Below are positions 40,850 to 50,394 of a stretch of 64,000 bases of DNA, in pieces. Position 1 is the stretch's first letter; each line of letters starts with the position of its first letter. The translations under genes were made by a program, and so were the position numbers. The stretch covers positions 576,001-640,000 of the forward strand of contig JBMFNR010000001.1 of the NCBI GenBank assembly GCA_049970055.1, given 5' to 3'. This stretch comes from Fervidobacterium sp. (GTDB lineage Bacteria > Thermotogota > Thermotogae > Thermotogales > Fervidobacteriaceae). Below the pieces are notes generated by a model that searched no databases, was not told where the DNA came from, and was given only the letters and a program-made list of their open reading frames with translations.

Positions 40850-41997
40850 ATTTCTGCACTCCCAATTATGAAATCAATAAATTCCCTTTCTTTGTTTTCA
40901 TCCCAGACAAATAGGTTTTTGTATTTTTCAACGTTTTCGATGTATTTTTGGTAATTTTCACTTGCAACCAAAACTTTTTGTACAGAAAAGTTTACGTCGG
41001 TAGGATCTATCACAACACCTATACCCAATCTTTCTACGATTTTCTTCATCGATACGAATGAGTCTTTAACTATCACGGGTGTGCCAGCTGCCAAAGAATC
41101 GAAAAACTTGTTTGGAAGCGAATAAATATGATTTACGTAATCTCGTTTATTAATCGTTGAAGACGAGACCAACGAAAACAGTGCTTTTGCGATTTCTTCG
41201 AGCATTTTATCGTATGGGAGAAGACCCATTGAAGTGTGAGGAATATCTTCAAGCTCCGAAGTGTCCATTCCAATTACTTTAAATTTAAACCCTTTTTCGA
41301 TCAGATTTTTAATTATTTGCTTTTCTTCCCTTAGTTTTCTGGGAATCTTCCCTACGAAGACTATTTCCTTTTTCTTTTTATCAATTTGCTCAATATTCTC
41401 AATTTTTCTGCACGATCCATTGGCGTAGTTTGGCAAGACCATAACTTTTTTGTCGCTAAGTTGAATGATATTCTTGTCTACATGGCTAATCATTTCTTCA
41501 CTTACAAATATCAATTTGTCTGATAATTCAATCTGCTTTCTGAATACTTCATTCATTACCCGTTCTTTAGCTTTTTCAATTATCCCAGGCAGATTAGCTA
41601 AAAAGTTTTGGGGATGGTATTCATGTATGTCAAATACTACCATTTTTCCACGTCCTTTGGCGATCACGAAAGGCAATAAAGGCTTTGTCGGAAGAAAATG
41701 ATGCAAATATAAAATATCAAATTCCGTTCTAGTAATTAGTTCTATAATTTGCTCATCAAATTTACGTCTTTTAATCATCTTAAAAACGGGGTTCTGAGAT
41801 TCATTTTCCTTCCATAATATGGGAACAAACGATATATTCCCGGAAGTATACGGACGTTCTGGTACGGTTGTTAAATATTGGTAAGTAACACAAAAAACTT
41901 TAGAGAGTGAATTCACAGTTCTTAGAACTCTCTTATCATCTTTAGAGTGCATATATCCTATCACAAGAACTCTCTTCAAGATCCCATAACCTCCCAA
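40846..41997 (-). CDS. GT4 glycosyltransferase
   Basis: DDKRV, FDIHE, LPNKFFDSLAAGTPVI. Confidence 0.85.
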   Translation of the reverse strand: MGGYGILKRVLVIGYMHSKDDKRVLRTVNSLSKVFCVTYQYLTTVPERPYTSGNISFVPILWKENESQNPVFKMIKRRKFDEQIIELITRTEFDILYLHHFLPTKPLLPFVIAKGRGKMVVFDIHEYHPQNFLANLPGIIEKAKERVMNEVFRKQIELSDKLIFVSEEMISHVDKNIIQLSDKKVMVLPNYANGSCRKIENIEQIDKKKKEIVFVGKIPRKLREEKQIIKNLIEKGFKFKVIGMDTSELEDIPHTSMGLLPYDKMLEEIAKALFSLVSSSTINKRDYVNHIYSLPNKFFDSLAAGTPVIVKDSFVSMKKIVERLGIGVVIDPTDVNFSVQKVLVASENYQKYIENVEKYKNLFVWDENKEREFIDFIIGSAEI

Positions 41998-42054
41998 AAA
42001 TTATAATACGCAAGCTTACAGAAAAACATAGCATGTTGTAGCACTACCTGAAAG

Positions 42055-42510
42055 TCAGAATTTGAAGATCTTTTCTAGTAATCTAAGGAATCTGGTTGTT
42101 ATAAATTCCTTTTTAGTATCGAGTGGTTCGACTTTTATCGTATATGCTCCCAAAAATTTTCCAAAAAGTATATCTGTAAAAAACTGGTCGCCTATAACAA
42201 CTATCTGGCTTTTATCATTGAGATAATTTCCAATCTTTCTTTGGACTTTAAACGGGAATGGTTTCAAAGCACGCCAGATAACTGGAATTTTGATATTTAA
42301 AGTTCGTGGTTTCCCATTGGAAACGATGTAAACAATGGCACCATTTGAGATGAGATAATTGAATATCTGCTCTATATTTTTTGGTATCATCGTCGATTTC
42401 CAAGCATTTATGGTGTTATCAAAATCAAAAAGAAAAACCCTCTTACCTTGCAAGAGTAGAGTTTTAAAATCTATATCATCTATAAATCTGACTTTCAGAT
42501 CTGGTTTCAA
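42055..42510 (-). CDS. YqeG-family HAD IIIA phosphatase
   Basis: FDFDNT, VSNG, KP, IGDQFFTDILFG. Confidence 0.9.
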   Translation of the reverse strand: MKPDLKVRFIDDIDFKTLLLQGKRVFLFDFDNTINAWKSTMIPKNIEQIFNYLISNGAIVYIVSNGKPRTLNIKIPVIWRALKPFPFKVQRKIGNYLNDKSQIVVIGDQFFTDILFGKFLGAYTIKVEPLDTKKEFITTRFLRLLEKIFKF

Positions 42511-42512
42511 AA

Positions 42513-43136
42513 CTACCCCTCCAAAAATGGCATGATGGAGACGCTGATTTTACTTCTAACAAGTTTCTTGACTTTTTGAACGGTGTTATCAACCTTTTTG
42601 AAATTTACTCCAACTTTTTCCTCTATTTCTTTATAGCTGTACCCATCAAGCCACAATTCGAATATTTGTGTTTCTTCTTCATTTAAGCGTTCCAGTATCT
42701 CTTCGTGGATCATACTTAGTATGGTTTTTCTCACCACGTTGGTACTTGTACTATCATCAGATATAAAATAATCAATTTGTTCGTCGTCAACATCATCATA
42801 TACAGAATCCATACTTGTTGAATCGGAAAGCATTTTGTTCTTCTTTCTGTTTTGATATGTTATGAATGATTTTATTTCTGATTCAATGCTTCTCCAAGCA
42901 AATGTTGAAAATGAACTTTTACCTTCCTCAAAATAGTAAATAGCTTTTATCAAACCAATGAGGCCATTTTGAACTATATCGTCGAATTCTGCCCAAGGAG
43001 CATAAAATTGTGAAGCAATTCTCACAACCATCGGATAATATTTTTCAATTAGTAGGTCAACTGCTTCATTTAACCCGCTTTGTGCAAGTTCGACCAATTT
43101 TTCCGTTGGCTTGCTCCTGAGAACGTACTTAATCAT
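42513..43136 (-). CDS. SigH-like RNA polymerase sigma factor
   Basis: DDIVQNGLIGLIKAI, SFSTFA, GYSYKEI, KKVDN. Confidence 0.9.
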   Translation of the reverse strand: MIKYVLRSKPTEKLVELAQSGLNEAVDLLIEKYYPMVVRIASQFYAPWAEFDDIVQNGLIGLIKAIYYFEEGKSSFSTFAWRSIESEIKSFITYQNRKKNKMLSDSTSMDSVYDDVDDEQIDYFISDDSTSTNVVRKTILSMIHEEILERLNEEETQIFELWLDGYSYKEIEEKVGVNFKKVDNTVQKVKKLVRSKISVSIMPFLEG

Positions 43137-43148
43137 GCATTATCATTC

Positions 43149-43994
43149 CTACGTTGGTGATATCAACAAATCAGCGATAACACCAATATCTTGTACAATT
43201 ATATGCGGCTTTATGGGGCCCTTTTCGGCTTGTTCCTTGGTTGCTTCACCAGTCAGCACAAGTACTGTCCACGTACCAGCTTGAATACCTGCTATTATGT
43301 CTGTGTAAAGCCTATCACCAATCATACAAGTTTCTGATGGGCTTATATTGTAGTGTCTCATTACCATTTCCAAAAGTTTTGGTTCTGGTTTCCCAAACAC
43401 GATGTTTGGATAAACGCCAGAGGCTTTTCTTACAACTGAAGCTATAGCTCCAGCATCTGGTAATGGCCCTTCTTCAGATGGGCAATTCAAATCAGGATTT
43501 GTTACAACAAAAAGTGCACCCCGTGAAACGAACAGGGTAGCCTTTTTAATTTTCTCATAAGTCAGCGTTTTGTCGAATGTTACAACAACTATTTCTGGCT
43601 CTTCCTCAACAACATTTAAGCCAATCCGCCGAAATTCTTGTTTGATTTCATCAGTTCCAACAATGTAAACTCTTGCTGGCCCAAATTCTTCATATAAATA
43701 TTGTGCGGTCGCTACTCCGGCTGTCACAAATTGGTCACTTGATAGATTAAAACCGAAACTCTTAAATTCTTCAACGTAACTGTTGATGGTTCTGTTTGAA
43801 TTATTTGTCAAAAACAGAAACTTCTTTCCAAGACTTTCAACCACATTTACGAATTTTTTTGAACCTTCAAACGGTTTCCCACTTAAATAAAACGTACCGT
43901 CAATATCAAGTATAAACAAATTACATTGTTTAATTCGGTTAAGTGATCCTCTTTTCAGCTCGATTACGTTCAAATCTTCCACAGTGTTCACCAT
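43149..43994 (-). CDS. NagD-family HAD IIA hydrolase
   Basis: LDIDGT, LTNNS, GKP, IGDRLYTDI. Confidence 0.92.
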   Translation of the reverse strand: MVNTVEDLNVIELKRGSLNRIKQCNLFILDIDGTFYLSGKPFEGSKKFVNVVESLGKKFLFLTNNSNRTINSYVEEFKSFGFNLSSDQFVTAGVATAQYLYEEFGPARVYIVGTDEIKQEFRRIGLNVVEEEPEIVVVTFDKTLTYEKIKKATLFVSRGALFVVTNPDLNCPSEEGPLPDAGAIASVVRKASGVYPNIVFGKPEPKLLEMVMRHYNISPSETCMIGDRLYTDIIAGIQAGTWTVLVLTGEATKEQAEKGPIKPHIIVQDIGVIADLLISPT

Positions 43995-44133
43995 CCTGGA
44001 TTTTGTTATTTGCTCACATTTATTATAACATAGTAATAATTAATTTGCATGGTTTATGTTTCTTAAAGCAAAGTGATATAATTAAAATGAACTAAATGTT
44101 ATGTCAAAAATTCTGTGTTTAGAGGTGATCAAT

Positions 44134-44978
44134 TTGAGAAGAAATTCTGTGTTTGTGTCTCTAATGATTTTCATGTTTTGGGTTAGTTTATTTTCACAGC
44201 AAAGTGAGAAGCAATCATTTGTTTTAAGCATTATTCCACCACATAGTGAAGGGTAGAGTTTACTTCTATTGGGTTATCACTTGGTAATTCTGAAATCTCG
44301 ACTCAACCACTTCTGGATATGCTCGGTGTTTTTAACATTCGGTACAGATATTATGTTTCGCAGATGTTTGTAACAAACCTTGAAACATATCTTTTCGATC
44401 CGCTTTTTGTCTCAAAGACATACTTGGGAGAGACATACCCTGCTACCAACCAGATATACGTAGTATTTAACAGAAGCTATCTGCATGGTAATGTAATTGT
44501 TAGTCCGTTGATTTTCAAACCCTATGGAGAGTTTTTGACTGTACTGGCTGGAAACCATAACTTTTCCGAATACGCAGGCGCCGCCATATCAAGAGCTTTT
44601 CTTAGCGCAGGGCTTTTATTATCAAAAAATATTGAATTTTTTGGCACAATAGAATCTGGTCTGATTTGGATGGTTTGGACGAGTCAGTCCTTAAATAACG
44701 AAGAATGGAATAATCTTATAGTCGAGCTTAGGCAGAAAACTTTCTACATTTCAGTCAGACGAGGTGTTACGTGGTATTACGATAATTATTCAGGTTTAGA
44801 GGTTGGTTATCGCATATTTTTACACGGATATGACACCCCACTTAGGTATATTCGGGGTTTCACGCTAACTGATTGGGCATATAATTACGTTAGTGTAATA
44901 AACGAATATTCTGAACGAAAGATCAACATCCCATTTATTACAACTGATTATTATCTGAGCTTTTCCACAAAATTTTGA
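44134..44978 (+). pseudogene. Frameshifted exported protein, probable outer-membrane beta-barrel
   Basis: GAGGTGA RBS and TTG 44134 give a signal peptide that stops at GGG-TAG (44251-44256). One extra G fuses it in frame to the 44319 ORF, which ends YYLSFSTKF. Confidence 0.7.
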
Positions 44979-44991
44979 TTCATAAACTTTC

Positions 44992-45131
44992 ATGTGTTAA
45001 AAATCACGAACTATGAATCAGTAATAACGTGCTTTTAGGGTAGTTTAAGCTCATATTCGTAGAATTTTACTAGATTTTTTCTAAAAATAAGCACTTTCCT
45101 GCTTGTGAAATTTTTGGTTTTATGGTAAAAT
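44992..45131 (+). promoter_or_regulatory. Promoter and Rex-like site for the monomeric hydrogenase
   Basis: ATGTGTT-AAAA-ATCACGA (44992-45009); TTGTGA (45103), 17 bp, TG-n-TAAAAT (45126-45131). Confidence 0.55.
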
Positions 45132-45187
45132 GCCTTTGAATGGACTTTAACGAACTTTGTGGATTAAACTATGGAGGTGGGTGGCCG

Positions 45188-46948
45188 ATGGTAACAGTTT
45201 ATATCAACGATAAGCCTTACGATGTTCCTGAAGACAAGACAGTACTTGAAGTTGCGCAGATGGTAGGGTACAATATTCCAACACTTTGTCATCACCCAGA
45301 GCTTGAACCTATTGGAGCATGTAGAATCTGTGTTGTCGAAATTGAAGGTGCAAGGACACTTCAGCCTGCTTGTACAACGAAGGTCTCAGATGGAATGAAG
45401 GTTAAAACAAACACGGAAAGGGTAGAAAAAGCCATTAAGTTTAATCTCTCACTGATTATGGCAAACCATCCACACGAATGTATGTATTGTGAAGCGGACG
45501 GAAGATGTGAACTTCAAAAACTCGTTCACACATACGACATTGAACCTATATTTGGCGTAAATGTAATGCTTGAAAAGGAAATCGATGTAAGCAGTCCATC
45601 GATTAATAGGGATCTTTCAAAATGTGTGAAGTGTCAAAGATGCGTGAGAGTATGTAGTGAAATTCAAGGTATGAATATATACTCCATGATAGACAGGGGA
45701 TATGAATCTCTGCCAGAGACGGAGTTCGGGATACCGGTTTACGAAACGGATTGTATCAGCTGTGGACAATGTGCGAATTTGTGTCCGGTTGGCGCAATTT
45801 ATGAAACACCAGACTGGAAAAAAGTACTCAAAATGCTTAATAACAAACAGCCAGGCAAGGTTTACGTTGCACAAACTGCTCCTTCAGTGCGTGTTGCTAT
45901 AGGTGAAGAATTTGGAATGGAACCAGGTACTATAAGTACTGGAAAGATGGTCGCTGCCCTAAGACGATTGGGATTTGACTACGTCTTTGATACAAACTTT
46001 GCAGCGGATCTCACTATAATGGAGGAAGGATACGAATTAATTCATAGACTGCAAAATGGTGGTAAATTCCCCATGTTCACATCTTGCTGTCCCGGTTGGG
46101 TAAATGAAATGGAAAAGGAGTGGCCAGAATTAAGAGAAAACCTGTCAACGGCTAAATCTCCACAACAGATGATGAGTAGTGTTGTTAAGACCTATTTTGC
46201 ACAGAAGATAGGTGTAAAACCTGAAGACATCGTAATGGTTTCAATAATGCCATGTACAGCAAAGAAGGACGAAATAAGAAGGCCACAACAGTTAGTCGAT
46301 GGGATTAAAGTGACCGATTATGTATTAACAACAAGAGAACTCGGAAAGTTAATAAAGCTCAAAGGTATTCCATTTGTTAATTTGCCCGAGGAACAATACG
46401 ATAGTCCACTTGGAACATCAACAGGTGCAGCTGCACTTTTTGGCGTAACTGGAGGTGTCATGGAGGCTGCGTTACGAACCGCCTACGAAGTATTAACTGG
46501 CGAGAAACTACCAAAGTTGGTCTTCGATCAAGTTAGAGGTTTAGATGGTGTACGAGAAGCGGAAATAGATATAAAAGGCAGAAAATTGAAAGTCGCAATC
46601 GCACATGGAATGGCGAATGTAAAGAAACTTCTTGCTGAAATGAAGGAAGGTAAGAGGTACTACGACTTTGTTGAAATAATGGCGTGTCTTGGTGGTTGTA
46701 TCGGTGGCGGTGGTCAACCAAAGAGCCTTGATCCAGATATACTCAAGAAACGTGCTGCGGCGATCTATACTATTGATGAGCTCAGTGTGCTTAGAAGATC
46801 GCACGAGAACCCAGATATCATAAAACTCTACGAAGAGTTCTTGGAAAAGCCAAACAGCCACAGAGCGCATCACTTGTTGCATACACACTACACTGACAGA
46901 TCAAGGGCCGTAAGAAAGGCGCAAAAACAGTCTGAAAAGGTTAACTGA
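45188..46948 (+). CDS. hydA: Group A [FeFe]-hydrogenase, stand-alone (M3-type domain layout)
   Basis: TSCCPGW, MPCTAKKDE, EIMACLGGCIGGGGQP; [2Fe-2S], His-ligated and 2x[4Fe-4S] motifs; ATG 45188 after GGAGGTG. Confidence 0.95.
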   Translation: MVTVYINDKPYDVPEDKTVLEVAQMVGYNIPTLCHHPELEPIGACRICVVEIEGARTLQPACTTKVSDGMKVKTNTERVEKAIKFNLSLIMANHPHECMYCEADGRCELQKLVHTYDIEPIFGVNVMLEKEIDVSSPSINRDLSKCVKCQRCVRVCSEIQGMNIYSMIDRGYESLPETEFGIPVYETDCISCGQCANLCPVGAIYETPDWKKVLKMLNNKQPGKVYVAQTAPSVRVAIGEEFGMEPGTISTGKMVAALRRLGFDYVFDTNFAADLTIMEEGYELIHRLQNGGKFPMFTSCCPGWVNEMEKEWPELRENLSTAKSPQQMMSSVVKTYFAQKIGVKPEDIVMVSIMPCTAKKDEIRRPQQLVDGIKVTDYVLTTRELGKLIKLKGIPFVNLPEEQYDSPLGTSTGAAALFGVTGGVMEAALRTAYEVLTGEKLPKLVFDQVRGLDGVREAEIDIKGRKLKVAIAHGMANVKKLLAEMKEGKRYYDFVEIMACLGGCIGGGGQPKSLDPDILKKRAAAIYTIDELSVLRRSHENPDIIKLYEEFLEKPNSHRAHHLLHTHYTDRSRAVRKAQKQSEKVN

Positions 46949-46970
46949 CAAATGTGTAAGTTAAAAGAGA

Positions 46971-47010
46971 AAAAAGGTGGGGCTTTGGACATCCAAAGCC
47001 CCACCTTTTT
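46971..47010 (+). terminator. Strong intrinsic terminator, probably bidirectional
   Basis: AAAAAGGTGGGGCTTTGGA-CA-TCCAAAGCCCCACCTTTTT perfect inverted repeat. Confidence 0.9.
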
Positions 47011-47122
47011 GATTTTGTTAGATATGGTGAGAAAAAAGCAGAAAATATAATCTTATTGCCTATAAAAGTCAGAACCAGGCGATTTTTACCAAAATGGTAT
47101 GTACCCATTTCACAAAGGTGTA

Positions 47123-47158
47123 TGGTAAAATAGTCATAACAAGTGAATAAATTCTCAA
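47123..47158 (+). promoter_or_regulatory. Extended -10 promoter and Rex-like operator for the hydG operon
   Basis: TG-G-TAAAAT (47123-47131); AAGTGAA-TAAA-TTCTCAA (47141-47158). Confidence 0.6.
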
Positions 47159-47170
47159 AGTAAATATCGT

Positions 47171-47329
47171 CTAATGTCTTCTGAGGTGGAGGACATAGTC
47201 TGACACCAAGGAAAGAGGCAAAAAAGGTTTTCAGTATAAGTTTTTGTTGTTCACCATAATTTGTGAATAATATAACAAACTTTAATCTGCCTCTTTCCTT
47301 GGCTATAAGGAAAGAGGCTTAATTTTTTT
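47171..47329 (+). promoter_or_regulatory. Candidate transcription attenuator leader RNA
   Basis: 47288-47302 can pair with 47206-47220 (15 bp perfect) or with 47307-47318 (12-bp terminator stem plus T-tract). Confidence 0.75.
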
Positions 47330-47350
47330 AATGATAAGGGGGGTAAAACT

Positions 47351-47596
47351 TTGGAAGAGAGATACTATATGATAGACATAATTGTAACTGATAGAGATAT
47401 GGCGTACTCAAAGGTTAACGAATTGCTCCATCAATATTCAAATATCATCAAGCTTAGGGTTGGATACCCTGTTCCGGATGAAAATATTGCCATAGTTTTT
47501 TTGATCGTTAAGACTTCAAATGATGTTGTTGGCGCGCTAACAGGGAAACTTGGACAAATAAAAGGAGTAAAGGTTAAGAGCGTGGCTATTACTTGA
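47351..47596 (+). CDS. TM1266-family [FeFe]-hydrogenase-associated ACT-like protein
   Basis: IIV.DR...VNELLH.Y...I..RVG.P...ALTGKLGQIKGVKVKS; first gene before hydG. Confidence 0.85.
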   Translation: MEERYYMIDIIVTDRDMAYSKVNELLHQYSNIIKLRVGYPVPDENIAIVFLIVKTSNDVVGALTGKLGQIKGVKVKSVAIT

Positions 47597-47637
47597 TAAT
47601 TTTCACTTGATGATTTGACTTTTTTGGAGGTGAGGGT

Positions 47638-49050
47638 ATGTTTGTATTTACAAAGGAATTAGAGACAGAGCAAACGTTTATTCCAGAAAGCGAAATATAC
47701 GAACTTTTGGAAGAAACAAGAAACCCAGAACCATTGAGAGTAAGAGATATACTGCAAAAGTCGTTGGATAAGAATAGATTGGAACCCACTGAAGTGGCAA
47801 CACTTTTGAATGTTGATAATTCTGCACTGCTTGAGGAAATTTTTCATGCGGCACGGACTTTGAAAGAACGGATTTACGGTAACAGGATAGTACTCTTTGC
47901 CCCGCTTTATATTGGAAACGATTGTGTAAATGATTGCGTGTACTGTGGTTTTAGAACGTCTAATCCAGAGGTGTATAGAAAAACGCTAACATTTGATGAG
48001 CTTAGGAGGGAAGTTCAAGCACTTGTCTCAAGAGGTCACAAGAGGCTTATCGTTGTCTACGGAGAGCATCCGAGGTATAGTCCTGAATTCATCGCTGAAA
48101 CTATAAGAATTATATACGAAACAAAAGTTGGAAATGGTGAAATAAGGAGAGTTAATGTGAATGCAGCACCACAAACAGTCGAAGGATACAAGATAATAAA
48201 AGAAGCTGGCATAGGAACGTTCCAAATATTCCAAGAAACGTATCATCAACCCACTTACAAAAAGCTTCACCCAAGGGGGCCAAAGTCAAATTACGCATGG
48301 CGTTTGTATGGGCTTGATAGGGCTATGCTTGCAGGTATCGATGATGTAGGTATAGGTGCTTTGTTCGGACTATATGACTGGAAATTTGAAGTTATGGGGT
48401 TGATTTACCATACGATACATTTAGAGGAGCGGTTTGGTGTTGGACCACATACGATTTCATTCCCAAGAATAGAACCCGCCGTTGGAAGTGAGATTTCATA
48501 CAATCCTCCGCACAAAGTTAGTGATGAGAATTTCAAGAAGCTGGTCGCAATTATTAGGCTTGCTGTACCGTACACGGGTATGATTTTAACAGCAAGAGAA
48601 CCTGCTGAATTGAGAAAAGAAGTATTGAAGATGGGAGTATCTCAGATAGATGGCGGATCAAGTATAGGAATAGGTTCTTACTCTTCACAGGACGATCCAG
48701 AGAAGGTAAGGAAAAGCCAGTTCATCCTTGGTGATAATAGAACCCTCGAAGAAGTTATACACGATCTCCTCAAAGAAGGTTACATACCTTCGTTCTGTAC
48801 AGCTTGTTATAGAATGGGGAGAACAGGTGAGCATTTCATGGAATTTGCGATTCCCGGTTTTGTTAAGAGATTTTGCACACCTAACGCTTTGTTCACACTT
48901 CGCGAGTACTTGAACGATTATGCTTCAGAAGAGACGAAGAAATTGGGTGAGGAAGTTATTCGTATGGAGCTTGAACGTGTTAATAACAGGGAATTAGTTG
49001 AGAAGTATCTGAAAAGGATTGATTCTGGTGAAAGAGATGTCAGATTTTGA
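47638..49050 (+). CDS. hydG: [FeFe]-hydrogenase maturase HydG
   Basis: FAPLY, CVNDCVYC, GPHTISFPRI, C-terminal CTAC-X22-C. Confidence 0.96.
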   Translation: MFVFTKELETEQTFIPESEIYELLEETRNPEPLRVRDILQKSLDKNRLEPTEVATLLNVDNSALLEEIFHAARTLKERIYGNRIVLFAPLYIGNDCVNDCVYCGFRTSNPEVYRKTLTFDELRREVQALVSRGHKRLIVVYGEHPRYSPEFIAETIRIIYETKVGNGEIRRVNVNAAPQTVEGYKIIKEAGIGTFQIFQETYHQPTYKKLHPRGPKSNYAWRLYGLDRAMLAGIDDVGIGALFGLYDWKFEVMGLIYHTIHLEERFGVGPHTISFPRIEPAVGSEISYNPPHKVSDENFKKLVAIIRLAVPYTGMILTAREPAELRKEVLKMGVSQIDGGSSIGIGSYSSQDDPEKVRKSQFILGDNRTLEEVIHDLLKEGYIPSFCTACYRMGRTGEHFMEFAIPGFVKRFCTPNALFTLREYLNDYASEETKKLGEEVIRMELERVNNRELVEKYLKRIDSGERDVRF

Positions 49051-49291
49051 AAGATTAAGCAAATTACTTGAGCCAGTTGCAAATATGCTAAATACAAAAA
49101 TATGGATCTGTGAGAAAATCGGCAGGCGGCTGTCATGTATAGCTCGTTCAGGTGAAGAAAATTACTGTGAATCTTTCAAAATATACGAAGATCAGAAATA
49201 TGTAGTTTTCGCCGAAAGAGAAGTAACAGATCCCAAAGAACTTGAACATGTTGAACATTTTATCAAAGATCACGTATTTTCGAGGAAGTGA
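49037..49291 (+). CDS. Small conserved hypothetical protein between hydG and hydE
   Basis: ORF overlapping the hydG stop; WICEKIGRRLSCIA. Confidence 0.7.
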   Translation: MSDFERLSKLLEPVANMLNTKIWICEKIGRRLSCIARSGEENYCESFKIYEDQKYVVFAEREVTDPKELEHVEHFIKDHVFSRK

Positions 49292-49300
49292 GCACGTTTA

Positions 49301-50344
49301 TTGGAGCGTGGTAGGATGATAGAAGTTAAGAAGATTCAGAATGTTGATATTGATTATTTAACGTATTTGCTTTCAACTGATGAGTACGACGAAGAAATTT
49401 TTAAAACAGCGGCTGAGATAAGGCAAAAATACGTTGGTGATGAAGTTCATTTAAGAGCAATCATAGAATTCTCAAATTATTGCACTCAACATTGTTTGTA
49501 TTGTGGTTTGAGAGCACCGAATATGAATATCAAACGCTATCGAATGAGTGAAGATGAAATAATTGATCGTGCAAAGCTTATTGCTAGCTTAGGAATCAAA
49601 ACGATAGTCCTTCAATCCGGTGAAGATCCATACTACACAACGGAAAAGATCAGCCATCTCATAAGTGAAATCAAGAAACTTGACGTAGCGATAACCCTCA
49701 GTATAGGTGAAAGAGAGTTTGAAGAATATAAAATTTGGAAAGAACTTGGTGCCGATAGATACCTTATGAGGCACGAAACCGCATCGCCTAAATTATACAC
49801 AAAGTTGCATCCGGGAGACTCCTTCGAAAATAGAAAAATTCATTTGTACGAATTAAAACGCTTAGGTTATGAAACTGGTGCTGGAAGCATGGTGGGCTTA
49901 CCTGGTCAAAGTGCGTACGACATGGCTCTCGACTTGTTTTTTTTAAAAGAACTTGATGCAGACATGATAGGTATTGGACCATTCATACCAAACCCAGACA
50001 CACCACTTGCAAACCAAGGCGGAGGCACAGTTAGGGATACGCTAAAAATGATCGCTCTATCTCGCATTATCCTCCCAACGGCAAATATTCCAGCAACAAC
50101 GGCACTTGGTTCGATCGATCCATTTGGTAGACAGATGGGCTTAAAATGTGGTGCAAATGTTATAATGCCAAATTTAACGCCAAATCCTTATCGACCAAAT
50201 TATTCACTTTATCCAGGTAAAATTTGCTTGTTTGAAAAGGACACTGCTTGCGTTGAATGTACGAAGGCTATGATAAGAAGTGTAGGATTAAGAGTTGGTG
50301 AAGGTTATGGATATAGAAAACGCGTTGTCGAATACTCTGTATAA
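49301..50344 (+). CDS. hydE: [FeFe]-hydrogenase maturase HydE
   Basis: IEFSNYCTQHCLYC, LQSGED, GIGPFIP, GANVIMPN, YSLYPGK. Confidence 0.95.
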   Translation: MERGRMIEVKKIQNVDIDYLTYLLSTDEYDEEIFKTAAEIRQKYVGDEVHLRAIIEFSNYCTQHCLYCGLRAPNMNIKRYRMSEDEIIDRAKLIASLGIKTIVLQSGEDPYYTTEKISHLISEIKKLDVAITLSIGEREFEEYKIWKELGADRYLMRHETASPKLYTKLHPGDSFENRKIHLYELKRLGYETGAGSMVGLPGQSAYDMALDLFFLKELDADMIGIGPFIPNPDTPLANQGGGTVRDTLKMIALSRIILPTANIPATTALGSIDPFGRQMGLKCGANVIMPNLTPNPYRPNYSLYPGKICLFEKDTACVECTKAMIRSVGLRVGEGYGYRKRVVEYSV

Positions 50345-50361
50345 TAAGGTCATATAAAATA

Positions 50362-50386
50362 GGCAACTGGTTAACCACCAGCTGCC
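50362..50386. terminator. Hairpin between convergent hydE and ACT-like gene
   Basis: GGCAACTGG-N7-CCAGCTGCC with one mismatch. Confidence 0.5.
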
Positions 50387-50394
50387 CATATTTT

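Noticed and set aside
47160..47330. T-box or known riboswitch
   Set aside because: No T-box antiterminator bulge (TGGNACC) or recognisable aptamer consensus; kept only as an unassigned attenuator.
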